DNA from: Abditibacteriaceae bacterium
GTDB lineage: Bacteria > Armatimonadota > Abditibacteriia > Abditibacteriales > Abditibacteriaceae
Assembly: GCA_031372065.1 (NCBI GenBank)
Contig: JANMKN010000244.1
Location: forward strand, 21,415 to 85,414
Direction: 5' to 3'
DNA: 64,000 bases
Positions 30,356 through 41,262 of this stretch are shown here, piece after piece. A model generated the notes under the pieces. It saw only the letters and a program-made list of their open reading frames with translations. It was not told where the DNA came from and ran no database searches. Each line of letters starts with the position of its first letter. Within the stretch, counting starts at the first letter, position 1. Position numbers and translations under genes: made by a program.

Positions 30356-30481
30356 ATGGGCGATAAATCTCCAAAAGCCACCAAGAAGCAAGCGACGCAA
30401 AAACAAACGAAGAGCAATGCCGTCGGGCAAAAGAAAAAATCTGATGAAGCCGCCAAGAAAGCGGCCAACGCGAAAAAGTAA
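30356..30481 (+). CDS. 41-aa lysine-rich small protein (below the ORF-track cutoff)
   Basis: AAGGA upstream of ATG; MGDKSPKATKKQATQKQTKSNAVGQKKKSDEAAKKAANAKK, 13 Lys. Confidence 0.65.
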   Translation: MGDKSPKATKKQATQKQTKSNAVGQKKKSDEAAKKAANAKK

Positions 30482-30654
30482 GCCTGCCTTGCCCGAACCT
30501 TTGATTACATGGCGACGTGATGTCCGATAATATCGGTAACTCCTCAGTGCGCCAAACTTTTGCTGGCGGTGAATCACAACGCCTCGGCAACGCGCCGCTT
30601 TGCTCGGTCATCACAACGGGGCTTGCGGCGAGGCGGCGCGCTTTTAGTCGCCTT

Positions 30655-30780
30655 TCACCGGCTTATCTCTCGCCCCTGGAGTGGGAACACATCAATCTGA
30701 CCGGTGATTATTCTTGGAATACCCAAAGCTTGCCCAAACCTGGGCATTTTAGGCCACTACGCTCCACTGCAACGCACTAA
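30655..30780 (+). pseudogene. tnpA: Tn3 transposase C-terminal remnant (left boundary approximate)
   Basis: [18 protein letters not shown]...GHFRPLR; stop lies inside the IR. Confidence 0.88.
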
Positions 30781-30819
30781 CGGACTTTAATTTCCGTTTC
30801 CTGTGGTGACCCCTATATG

Positions 30820-30857
30820 GAAATCTTAGTTATTTGCGAGTGAAATATCGTCATGGG
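30820..30857. repeat. 38-bp direct repeat, copy 2
   Basis: GAAATCTTAGTTATTTGCGAGTGAAATATCGTCATGGG. Confidence 0.9.
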
Positions 30858-30933
30858 TGGCACTTGGAATCTACTTTGTTCGTCGGTGCCGCACGCTGTA
30901 TACCAATGAATGAGAAACTTGTGTGAAGAACCC

Positions 30934-33789
30934 ATGAAACCAAAATCAATTTATCAAAAAGGTCTACTTCCTTTGGCCGTAGCCCTTTTAGCTCCCATTG
31001 CCTTGCCTGTGCAGGCACAAAACGCCTCGAAAACCTCTAAAAGCGCGCCACTGCCGCCGTTGCGTTACACACAGTTCCGCTTGAAAAATGGGTTGCGCGT
31101 GATTTTTCACGAAGATCATTCAGCGCCGCTGGTGACTACTAATGTGTGGTATCACGTCGGCTCCAAGAACGAAGTGCCGGGCCGCACCGGATTCGCACAT
31201 TTGTTCGAACATTTGATGTTTCAAGGCTCAAAGCATCACGACGACGATTTTTTCAAGCCTTTGCAAGAGGCCGGTGGCTCGCTGAACGGCACAACCAACA
31301 CGGATCGCACCAATTATTTTGAGACTGTGCCCGCGAATTTTCTTGAACTGGCGTTGTGGCTTGAAAGTGACCGCATGGGCTATTTGCCCGACGCGCTGAC
31401 CGAAACCAAGCTCAATAACCAGCGCGAAGTCGTGAAAAATGAAAAGCGCCAGAACTACGACAACCAGCCTTACGGCCAAGTCTGGGCCAAAATCGCCGAG
31501 ACGATGTATCCGCCGACGCATCCTTATCACTGGTTGACCATTGGCTCGCTCGACGATGTAACTGGCGCCTCAATGAGCGAAGTCAAAGCCTTTTTTCATC
31601 GTTATTACACGCCCAACAACGCCAGTTTGGTCGTCGCGGGCGATTTCAATCCGGCGCAGGCGAGACAGTGGGTTGAAAAATACTTTGGCCCGCTACAAAG
31701 CGGGCCAAAAATCGCGCCGGTCAAGGCAAGGCAGCCGCATCTTGACCACGAAGTTCGCGAAACGATGGAAGATCGCGTTTCGCTGCCGCGCTTGTATCTT
31801 GATTGGCACGCTGTTCCACAATTCGCCCAAGACGATGCGGCGCTTGATATGCTGGCCTACGTCATGGTCAACGGCAAAGGCTCACGTCTTTATAAGTCGC
31901 TGGTTTATGATCGCCAAATCGCGCAGGATGTCTCGGCGTTCAATGGTTCGCGCGAACTCGCGGGCGAATTTACCATTATCGCGACGGCCAAGCCTGGAAA
32001 AACCCTCGCCGAATTGGAAAGCGCTATCAATGAAGAACTGGCGAAATTGAAAACCGCGCCGCCCGCCGCCGATGAAATGGAACGCGCTTACAATACTATC
32101 GAATCGTCGTTCATTTATGGATTGCAAACCGTGCGCGGCAAGGCCGACCAACTCAATTCCTACGCGACGTTTCTCAATAATCCCGGCTATGCCGACAAAG
32201 ATTTAGAGCGTTATCGCCGCGTCACGCCCGCTGATGTGCAGCGCGTGGCAAAGGCGTATTTGAACGATAAAAAGTTGGTTTTGAGCGTGCTTCCGCTCTC
32301 GAAAACGGCAAAATCGGCCTCAAATCCGTCTCCGGCGCCCGTTGTTGCCGCAAAACCTGCCGAAAGCGCGCGCGCCGAAACGGCGCTCGCAAGCAGCGAA
32401 CCCAAAACAGGTGGGCTTTATGATATGCCCAAGCCACAGGCCGACCCCAGCCTCAAGCTGCCGCAAATTCAACGTCGAAAGTTGGCCAATGGCCTCGAAG
32501 TGCTGATTGTCGAGCAGCATGAATTGCCGGTTGTCAGCATGGACTTGGTGGTGAAAAGTGGTGCTTCGGACGACCCAAAAGAGCGCACAGGCCTCGCCAC
32601 TCTGACCGCCGATATGCTGGACGAAGGCACCAAAACGCGCTCGTCGCTGGATATTTCCAACGAAATGTCGGCCATTGGTTCGCGCATCGGCATCGGCGCC
32701 GGTTGGGATAAAAGCAGCGCCACGCTCACCACGCTCACGCGCCATTTGGATCATTCGCTCAACGTGTTTTCGGACGTGATTTTGAATCCGGCTTTCGCCG
32801 CCGCCGAACTCGAACGCCTGTGCGCCCGTCGTTTGGCTTCGCTGGAGCAACAGCACGACGATGCCGATGCCATCGCTGAAGATGTTTACGCGTCGCTGCT
32901 TTATGGCGCCGCGCATCCGTATGGTCACTCAACTATTGGCGACGAAGCGTCCACCAAAGCGCTGCAAATCGCCGATGTGCAGCGCTTCTACGAAACCTAT
33001 TATCGTCCGAATATCTCGACGCTGATTGTGGTCGGCGATGTGCAGGCAGATATGCTTTTGCCAGCCCTCGAACGCGCTTTTGGCACATGGAAAAGCGCCG
33101 AAGTGCCGAAAACCGAGGTTTCGACGCCTGCCGCACGCACGCAAAGCACGCTTTACCTCGTGGACAAGCCCGGCGCGGCGCAATCGGTGATTACCATTGG
33201 GCAAGTCGGCGTGCCGCGCAACAATCCCGATTATTTCTCGTTGCGCGTGATGAACGCGATTTTAGGCGGCCAATTCATGTCACGCATCAACATGAATTTG
33301 CGCGAAGACAAAGGCTACAGTTATGGCGCTTTTACCTACTTCGATATGCGGCGCGGCGCTGGGCCATTCGCCGCCAGCGCTGGCGTGCAAACCGCCGTAA
33401 CCAAAGAAGCGGTGATTGAAACCCTGAAAGAACTGCGCGGCATTCGCGGCGCGATTCCGATTACACAAGCGGAGTTGGATTTCGCTAAACAATCCATCAT
33501 TCGCGCTTATCCATCGGGCTTTGAAACGCCGGGCCAAATCGCCGGACGCCTCGAAGATGTGGTCGTCTACGGCCTGCCTGATGACTATTTCAATACGGTA
33601 GTCCAAAAAGTGGGCGCCGTGATGGTGGAGGATGTAAAGCGCGTGGCCGATAAATATCTTAACCCCTCGAAGATGGCTGTGCTTATCGTCGGTGATCGCA
33701 AATCCATCGAACCCGGCCTGCGTTCACTCGAAACAATTGGCACCACGCTGACGTTGTTGGACGACGAAGGTAAATCCGTCACGCCGTAA
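30934..33789 (+). CDS. Secreted M16 (pitrilysin-family) zinc peptidase
   Basis: Signal peptide; GFAHLFEHLMF HxxEH; duplicated halves; LREDKGYSYG. Confidence 0.95.
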   Translation: MKPKSIYQKGLLPLAVALLAPIALPVQAQNASKTSKSAPLPPLRYTQFRLKNGLRVIFHEDHSAPLVTTNVWYHVGSKNEVPGRTGFAHLFEHLMFQGSKHHDDDFFKPLQEAGGSLNGTTNTDRTNYFETVPANFLELALWLESDRMGYLPDALTETKLNNQREVVKNEKRQNYDNQPYGQVWAKIAETMYPPTHPYHWLTIGSLDDVTGASMSEVKAFFHRYYTPNNASLVVAGDFNPAQARQWVEKYFGPLQSGPKIAPVKARQPHLDHEVRETMEDRVSLPRLYLDWHAVPQFAQDDAALDMLAYVMVNGKGSRLYKSLVYDRQIAQDVSAFNGSRELAGEFTIIATAKPGKTLAELESAINEELAKLKTAPPAADEMERAYNTIESSFIYGLQTVRGKADQLNSYATFLNNPGYADKDLERYRRVTPADVQRVAKAYLNDKKLVLSVLPLSKTAKSASNPSPAPVVAAKPAESARAETALASSEPKTGGLYDMPKPQADPSLKLPQIQRRKLANGLEVLIVEQHELPVVSMDLVVKSGASDDPKERTGLATLTADMLDEGTKTRSSLDISNEMSAIGSRIGIGAGWDKSSATLTTLTRHLDHSLNVFSDVILNPAFAAAELERLCARRLASLEQQHDDADAIAEDVYASLLYGAAHPYGHSTIGDEASTKALQIADVQRFYETYYRPNISTLIVVGDVQADMLLPALERAFGTWKSAEVPKTEVSTPAARTQSTLYLVDKPGAAQSVITIGQVGVPRNNPDYFSLRVMNAILGGQFMSRINMNLREDKGYSYGAFTYFDMRRGAGPFAASAGVQTAVTKEAVIETLKELRGIRGAIPITQAELDFAKQSIIRAYPSGFETPGQIAGRLEDVVVYGLPDDYFNTVVQKVGAVMVEDVKRVADKYLNPSKMAVLIVGDRKSIEPGLRSLETIGTTLTLLDDEGKSVTP

Positions 33790-34001
33790 AAGCAGCAAAA
33801 GCAAACGATTTGGTTGCTACAAAAGATGACGGCGGGGTTAGCGCTTTCTTCCGAACGAGGCGGTCACTTTTAATTTATTACTGTCCGTTTGGAAGAAAGT
33901 GGTTGTCGTGGATAGCTCCGCCGCCGTTGAAAATTGGTCGGATAAATGGTGCTGATATACTTGGCAAGACCGTTACTGATGAAGGGTGACGTCGAAATTT
34001 T

Positions 34002-34946
34002 ATGAAAATGATTCCTTTTGATGCCAAGATTTTTCTGGCAGGACACACAGGTTTGGTCGGCGGCGCAATTTTGCGGCGCTTGCAAAGCGCGGGCTACGAA
34101 AATATCGTAACCCGCACGCACAAAGAGTTGGATTTATGCAATCAAGCGGCAGTAACTGAGTTTTTCAAAACTGAAATGCCACGTTATGTTTATCTGGCGG
34201 CGGCGCGCGTGGGGGGCATTTTAGCTAATTCGACGCACCCGGCGCAGTTCATCTACGACAATATGATGATCGCTAACAACGTGATTCACACTTCGTATGA
34301 AAACGGCGTCATCAAATTGTTAAATTTGGGCAGCAGTTGCATTTATCCGCGCATGGCGCCGCAGCCGATTCGCGAAGAATATTTGATGACGGGCCCGCTT
34401 GAAGAAACCAATCGCGCTTACGCGATGGCGAAAATTGCAGCTATTGATTTGTGCGATCATTATCGTGCGCAGTATGGTTGCCATTTCATCAGCGCCATGC
34501 CGACCAATTTGTATGGCCCCGGCGACAACTTCGATTTGAAATCCAGCCACGTTTTGCCTGCCTTACTGCGCAAAATGCATGAGGCTAAAGTGGCGCAGGC
34601 ACCTACAGTGGAAATCTGGGGCAGTGGCCGTCCCATGCGCGAATTTCTTTATGTTGAAGACATGGCCGATGCGTGTGTGTTTTTGATGGATAATTACGAT
34701 GAACCCGGCCCCATCAACGTGGGAACAGGTATAGACATCACCATCCGCGACTTGGCTTTAACGATTCAAAGTGTGGTTGGCTATGAGGGTGATTTGGTGT
34801 TTGACGCCAGTAAACCAGATGGCACGCCGCGCAAATTATTGGATGTTTCTCGTTTGCGTAATGCCGGATGGGAGGCGAAGACCGGTTTGCGTGAAGGTAT
34901 TGAAAAGTCGTATGACTGGTATCTAAAAAACGTGACGCCCGTTTAG
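34002..34946 (+). CDS. fcl: GDP-L-fucose synthase
   Basis: AGHTGLVG, LGSSCIYP, YAMAK, PTNLYGPGDNF, KPDGTPRKLLD. Confidence 0.95.
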   Translation: MKMIPFDAKIFLAGHTGLVGGAILRRLQSAGYENIVTRTHKELDLCNQAAVTEFFKTEMPRYVYLAAARVGGILANSTHPAQFIYDNMMIANNVIHTSYENGVIKLLNLGSSCIYPRMAPQPIREEYLMTGPLEETNRAYAMAKIAAIDLCDHYRAQYGCHFISAMPTNLYGPGDNFDLKSSHVLPALLRKMHEAKVAQAPTVEIWGSGRPMREFLYVEDMADACVFLMDNYDEPGPINVGTGIDITIRDLALTIQSVVGYEGDLVFDASKPDGTPRKLLDVSRLRNAGWEAKTGLREGIEKSYDWYLKNVTPV

Positions 34947-34972
34947 CAGGAGAACCCGGCTTTACCGATATT

Positions 34973-36955
<1,983 letters not shown>

Positions 36956-37238
36956 GGGCCTTTTCTATTATCTCAAGAGTTTTGTGGTAATTCCAATCAG
37001 TGGCAAAAAACCAATGATTTGAGTTACCAAAAGATGATCTTCATCCTCTGAGTTTATTGTTAATTTCCAAGCGATTCCGTTTTCAAGAGTCGCGTCAACC
37101 ACCAGTTTAGCGTGTTAATGAGAAGTGATGGTAGTAAAGTGCGCTATAAGTTATGGTTTGGATGATTATTTTACCTTACACAATTATATGCATAAATCAG
37201 GTAAAAAGCCGTTCAATGAAAGCCAATTGTAAGAAATT

Positions 37239-38279
37239 CTATTCTGTGAAGGGCACATGAAGGAGTTCAGCGGCCTTTTGCTTGGCCGCTTCGCCGCGCC
37301 GATCATAGCGAATGGTGGTCGAGACGTTGGCGTGTCCGGCCAGTTTTTGCACGGCAGAAATATCGGCTCCGGCATCCAGCAGATCGGAAATGAAGCTGCG
37401 CCGCATATCATGGGGCGAGAGATGTTTTACTCCCGCTTGTTTAGCGCGCTTCATTAATAAGGTGAGGATGGCTTGATCGGAAAGACGGCGCGGCACCAGT
37501 CGGCCCGATTTGAGAATCGGCCAAAATAAAGGCCCGTTTTCCTCGCCGCGCAAGGCCAGCCAAGCAGATAACGCTTCGCGCGTGCCGCGTCCGGCATAAC
37601 TGAGGCGGTCTTTGCCGCCTTTGCTGCGACGAATTTTCACCTCACCATTTTCCGCATTATAATTTTCGTAGTCCAGTGCCACAATTTCGCTGCGGCGCAA
37701 GCCGACACCGTAAAGCACAGCCAAAATAGCCGCATCGCGAATGGCGGTAGGACGCCGTTCTCCTTCCTTATTAATGTCTTGTGCGCAAGCGTTAAACAAA
37801 GCGCGCAATTCACCAGCGCTAATTGAGCGGCCCGCAGGCAGCGTTTCGCCGCGCAGTGGTTTGAAATCCACGGCGCGTTGATAATCTTCGGTGGGAATTT
37901 GTTCCAATCTCCATGCTGCTTTCAGCACACCGCGCAACGCGGCCAGCATTTTATTGGAAGTGTTCGGCGCGTAATGTTCGGAGAGCGCTGCGGCGATAGC
38001 CGCTGTGTGTTGATAACGCAATGCGCCCCAACAAAGTGAAAGTGCATCATGTCGTCCGCTGGTAAGCAAACGAGCGATGACATCCAGCGCTTGACGCATA
38101 GTGCGGCGCGACCCGCTGGACAGTGAGCGCAAATAAACGCGCGCCGGATGTTGATCAGCGTTCAACGGCACTGGCAGCAACAAATCAGAAATTTCAACAC
38201 TTTCGCGCAATGCCAAGGCGCCGGAATCCATTTCGACTTGATTGATCGCGTCAGCATCAGCCAAAAAATCCACTTTCAT
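37239..38279 (-). CDS. Tyrosine recombinase/integrase
   Basis: RDAAIL...GLRRSE, KGGK, PHDMRRS, LAGHAN, TTIRYDRR (catalytic R-K-H-R-H-Y intact). Confidence 0.93.
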   Translation of the reverse strand: MKVDFLADADAINQVEMDSGALALRESVEISDLLLPVPLNADQHPARVYLRSLSSGSRRTMRQALDVIARLLTSGRHDALSLCWGALRYQHTAAIAAALSEHYAPNTSNKMLAALRGVLKAAWRLEQIPTEDYQRAVDFKPLRGETLPAGRSISAGELRALFNACAQDINKEGERRPTAIRDAAILAVLYGVGLRRSEIVALDYENYNAENGEVKIRRSKGGKDRLSYAGRGTREALSAWLALRGEENGPLFWPILKSGRLVPRRLSDQAILTLLMKRAKQAGVKHLSPHDMRRSFISDLLDAGADISAVQKLAGHANVSTTIRYDRRGEAAKQKAAELLHVPFTE

Positions 38280-38309
38280 ACTCCGTATTTTACTATGCGT
38301 TATAAGGTT

Positions 38310-38525
38310 TGAGAAGAATCATTCTCATAAACTATTGAGACTACGAAAATAACGAACGTTTTTGATTTTTCGTGAGCGTTTTGATGAGTTTCACCTTATG
38401 TAGTGAGGTCATGATAAGCCTTGTTTGATCGACCAACAGGGCTTATCACTATTTGACAAGAAGATTAAACACAAAGACACAAAGAAGACGAATCTCCCTT
38501 TCTCTGTTTTTGTGTTTAATCTTCT
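38310..38525. repeat. Cluster of four inverted repeats upstream of the recombinase
   Basis: TGAGAA-N6-TTCTCA (38310-38327); ACGAAAA..TTTTCGT (38343-38373); TGATAAGCC..GGCTTATCA (38412-38448); 17-bp arms at 38459-38475 and 38509-38525. Confidence 0.75.
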
Positions 38526-38590
38526 GCGGCATGAGTTATCACATTTCACCGCATAACATGAAGTGATAATGGAGCCAATTAAGGTAAATT

Positions 38591-39667
38591 TTACGGCACT
38601 GAAGGTTGAATCAGTGCATCGAATTCGTTCTTGCGAAACCACTTAACGTGCCCGTCGGCGAAAGCAATATTTCCACCATCTAAGTGTTCAATACTCGGCT
38701 TGTCCCATACCATCGGAGTTTGAGCAGGATCACTCACATCATCCATATTGGCTCCTGAAAGCTGGGAATTATATTGATAATCACTGGTGCCATCCTCAAC
38801 GGTATCGCTGGGACAAACGAAAACCTGCTGGTTATTGATGTAAGGCATCACCGAATCGCGCAGTTGCTCGTTGGTATTAGCTGTCGGATATTTGTTGTTA
38901 TGGTCAGTGTTCCATTGCATAACACCAAGAGAAATTTGTTTCAGGTTGTTCTGACAGGAGGTCTTGCGCGCATTTTCTCTGGCTCTGGCGAAAACCGGAA
39001 ACAAGATGGCAGCCGGAAGGGGGAACAGCAAAAATCCGCCCACTGCCAGCACCAAGCCCGCCATTGCCCAGTTTTTCTGGGCTTTTTTGAAATCTTCAAG
39101 TGAGTTATAGCGACGATTTTGCCACGCCCATTCATTGCCTTTGAAACCCAGCACAAAGCGCATCACAAAGCCGACAATTGGAATCAGCCCCAAAAGCCCA
39201 ATCCAAGTGCTGTGTCCGATGGCCCAAATCCATGACAGCAAAAACGCGCCCCAGTTGAAGCCGCGAATTTCGACAGGCGCCGCACTGTTTTTTCCTTGAC
39301 CGCTGTTGTTTGGCTCAACGCTTGAAGCGGAGGCGGACATCACAGGTGGCGCGCCGATTAGATTTACTGGTGGCAATGTGGCGGGCTGTGCCGGTGTGAT
39401 AACAAGATGCAAAGTGCCATCGGCGCGACTTATCGCAATCTGGAATCCCGCATAGAAAACTGACGCTCTGCCTGTCGTTTCGAGTTGCAAACGTTCAGGG
39501 TCAGCCAAAATTTCTGAGGCGATAGCTTCAACTTCGGCTAAGGTCAAAACTTGCCCTTGTGTAACACCAGACGAAGTTTGAAATTGCGTTGTGGTATCGC
39601 TTTGCAATAAAGCGCGATCAACAAAATCGGCGCGCATTTGGGTGAGGAGAGCATCAATTCTTGCCAT
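38591..39667 (-). CDS. Fusion protein: PilT-N-like start, FNWGAF membrane domain, DUF1559/H-X9-DG domain
   Basis: [58 protein letters not shown]. Confidence 0.7.
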   Translation of the reverse strand: MARIDALLTQMRADFVDRALLQSDTTTQFQTSSGVTQGQVLTLAEVEAIASEILADPERLQLETTGRASVFYAGFQIAISRADGTLHLVITPAQPATLPPVNLIGAPPVMSASASSVEPNNSGQGKNSAAPVEIRGFNWGAFLLSWIWAIGHSTWIGLLGLIPIVGFVMRFVLGFKGNEWAWQNRRYNSLEDFKKAQKNWAMAGLVLAVGGFLLFPLPAAILFPVFARARENARKTSCQNNLKQISLGVMQWNTDHNNKYPTANTNEQLRDSVMPYINNQQVFVCPSDTVEDGTSDYQYNSQLSGANMDDVSDPAQTPMVWDKPSIEHLDGGNIAFADGHVKWFRKNEFDALIQPSVP

Positions 39668-39823
39668 TGGGGAGAATTATAATAAATTAAATGGCCTTCT
39701 GTGTGCCTTGTTTGCGATGAATAGCCGGTAGAAAATTCTTCACTTGCTCTTAATCGTTCGTTATCTCCAATTTAACCTGCACTCCCCACACTCAAGCAGT
39801 GAATCTCCAAAGGAGTCACTAAA

Positions 39824-40252
39824 ATGAGTGATGAAAACACCAAAGAAGAATTGATGCTCAATGAGTTGTTGACCGTTGTTTCAGCACGCGCGACCACAGA
39901 AGCATGGCAAGAAGCAAAGCGGCGAACATACGCATCGCTTAAGGAATTGTCCTACTCGCGTTGCCCGGAACAATATGGTTTACGGCGCGGCGCAGTAGGC
40001 GAATTATCTGAAGCGCGTAATCATGGCGCGATGCCACAAGAGTTGACTTTTACTGAGCGTGCCCGTGTGCGCACCGAAGCAGCCTTGATGGTAAAACACC
40101 TGCTGGACCTCGAAGCAACACAAACTGTAACTTTTGCGAAATCGCAATTGCTGTTCGATTTAATCGGCAAACCGCTTCAATTTTTGAAATTATTTGCCAA
40201 TTTTACCAAAATTAGGTCTCGCAAATTTTCTTATTGGGAGAGTCTTACCTGA
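39824..40252 (+). CDS. Hypothetical protein
   Basis: AAGGAG before ATG; fills an intergenic gap; no motif recognised. Confidence 0.5.
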   Translation: MSDENTKEELMLNELLTVVSARATTEAWQEAKRRTYASLKELSYSRCPEQYGLRRGAVGELSEARNHGAMPQELTFTERARVRTEAALMVKHLLDLEATQTVTFAKSQLLFDLIGKPLQFLKLFANFTKIRSRKFSYWESLT

Positions 40253-40323
40253 TTTTTGCATATGGGTTGTGTAAGGTAAAACCTGTGAGCTAAGAATTAA
40301 AGAATTTAGTCAGCTTTTTGCGA

Positions 40324-41262
40324 TTACTCCACAGTAAGCACGATTTTGCCGCGTGTGTGTCGTGTTTCACTGTCGATTAGGGCTTGACCTGCCTGTGATA
40401 GTGGTAATGTCTCGGCCAAGGGCACTCGCACAGTTCCCGCATCTATTAAAGCGCCGATTTCTTCCAATTGACGGGCGTCGGGGCGGGCCATAAAAACAGC
40501 TGTGCGCACATTATATTGTCGCGCTTTTTCTTCATCGGGCGCGCTGACGATAGAAACCAAAATGCCGCCGAATTTCAAAACTGCAAAAGATCGTTCCTGC
40601 GTTTCGCCACCAGCGCAATCGAGAACCATGTCAAAATCTTTAACGACTTCCTCGAAACACTGCGAGGTGTAATCAATAACCTCGCTGGCGCCTAATTGCA
40701 AAACGTAATCGCGATTGCGCGCCGATGCTGTGCCGACAATTGTGGCACCTTTCCAATGAGCGAACTGCACAGCAAACGTGCCGACGCCCCCAGCAGCGGC
40801 ATGAATGAGAATCTTCTGTCCGCTTTGCAAATCGCCATGTTCAAACAAGGCTTGCCACGCGGTCAAAGTCGCCACTGGCAGTGCCGCTGCATGAGCGAAA
40901 TCCAATGTTTTTGGTTTGCGCGCCCAAGCGTCAGCGGGCAACTTAATAAATTCGGCGAAGGCACCCAAACGCAGGCCCGGCATGGCAAAAACGGCATCGC
41001 CGATTTGCCATGTTTCGACGCCCTCCCCTACTGCGGCCACTTCGCCAACTACGTCATTGCCCAAAATGATGGGTAATTCATAGTTAGTCATGCCTTGGAG
41101 CCAGCCTTCGCGGATTTTCCAATCTACAGGGTTGACGCCCGCCGCGCGCACTTTAACCAACACTTCGCCCGGCCCGGCAACGGGGCGGGGCGCGTCTTCA
41201 TAACGCAGCACTTCGGGGCCACCGTATTGGTGAATGCGAACGGCTTTCATCGTTTCAGTCAT
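40324..41262 (-). CDS. NADP-dependent oxidoreductase (MDR/quinone-reductase-like)
   Basis: MKAVRIHQYGGPEVL, VNPVDWK, HAAAGGVG, GKIVL. Confidence 0.93.
   Translation of the reverse strand: MTETMKAVRIHQYGGPEVLRYEDAPRPVAGPGEVLVKVRAAGVNPVDWKIREGWLQGMTNYELPIILGNDVVGEVAAVGEGVETWQIGDAVFAMPGLRLGAFAEFIKLPADAWARKPKTLDFAHAAALPVATLTAWQALFEHGDLQSGQKILIHAAAGGVGTFAVQFAHWKGATIVGTASARNRDYVLQLGASEVIDYTSQCFEEVVKDFDMVLDCAGGETQERSFAVLKFGGILVSIVSAPDEEKARQYNVRTAVFMARPDARQLEEIGALIDAGTVRVPLAETLPLSQAGQALIDSETRHTRGKIVLTVE

Larger units (their letters stand above)
27537..30813. mobile_element. Non-autonomous Tn3-family element carrying Fic and toxin-antitoxin genes
   Basis: Left IR GGGGTCGGCTCACGAAACGGATTATAAAGCACGTTAAG (27537-27574); right IR 30776-30813 (minus strand GGGGTCACCACAGGAAACGGAAATTAAAGTCCGTTAGT); tnpA tail; no exact target duplication. 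Confidence 0.75.

Noticed and set aside
33828..33932. attC site or ops element
   Set aside because: Ends do not fit RYYYAAC/GTTRRRY, and GGCGGTCA is not the ops GGCGGTAG
37239..38525. Integron integrase with attI/attC sites
   Set aside because: No IntI-specific insertion is evident and there is no array of RYYYAAC...GTTRRRY sites
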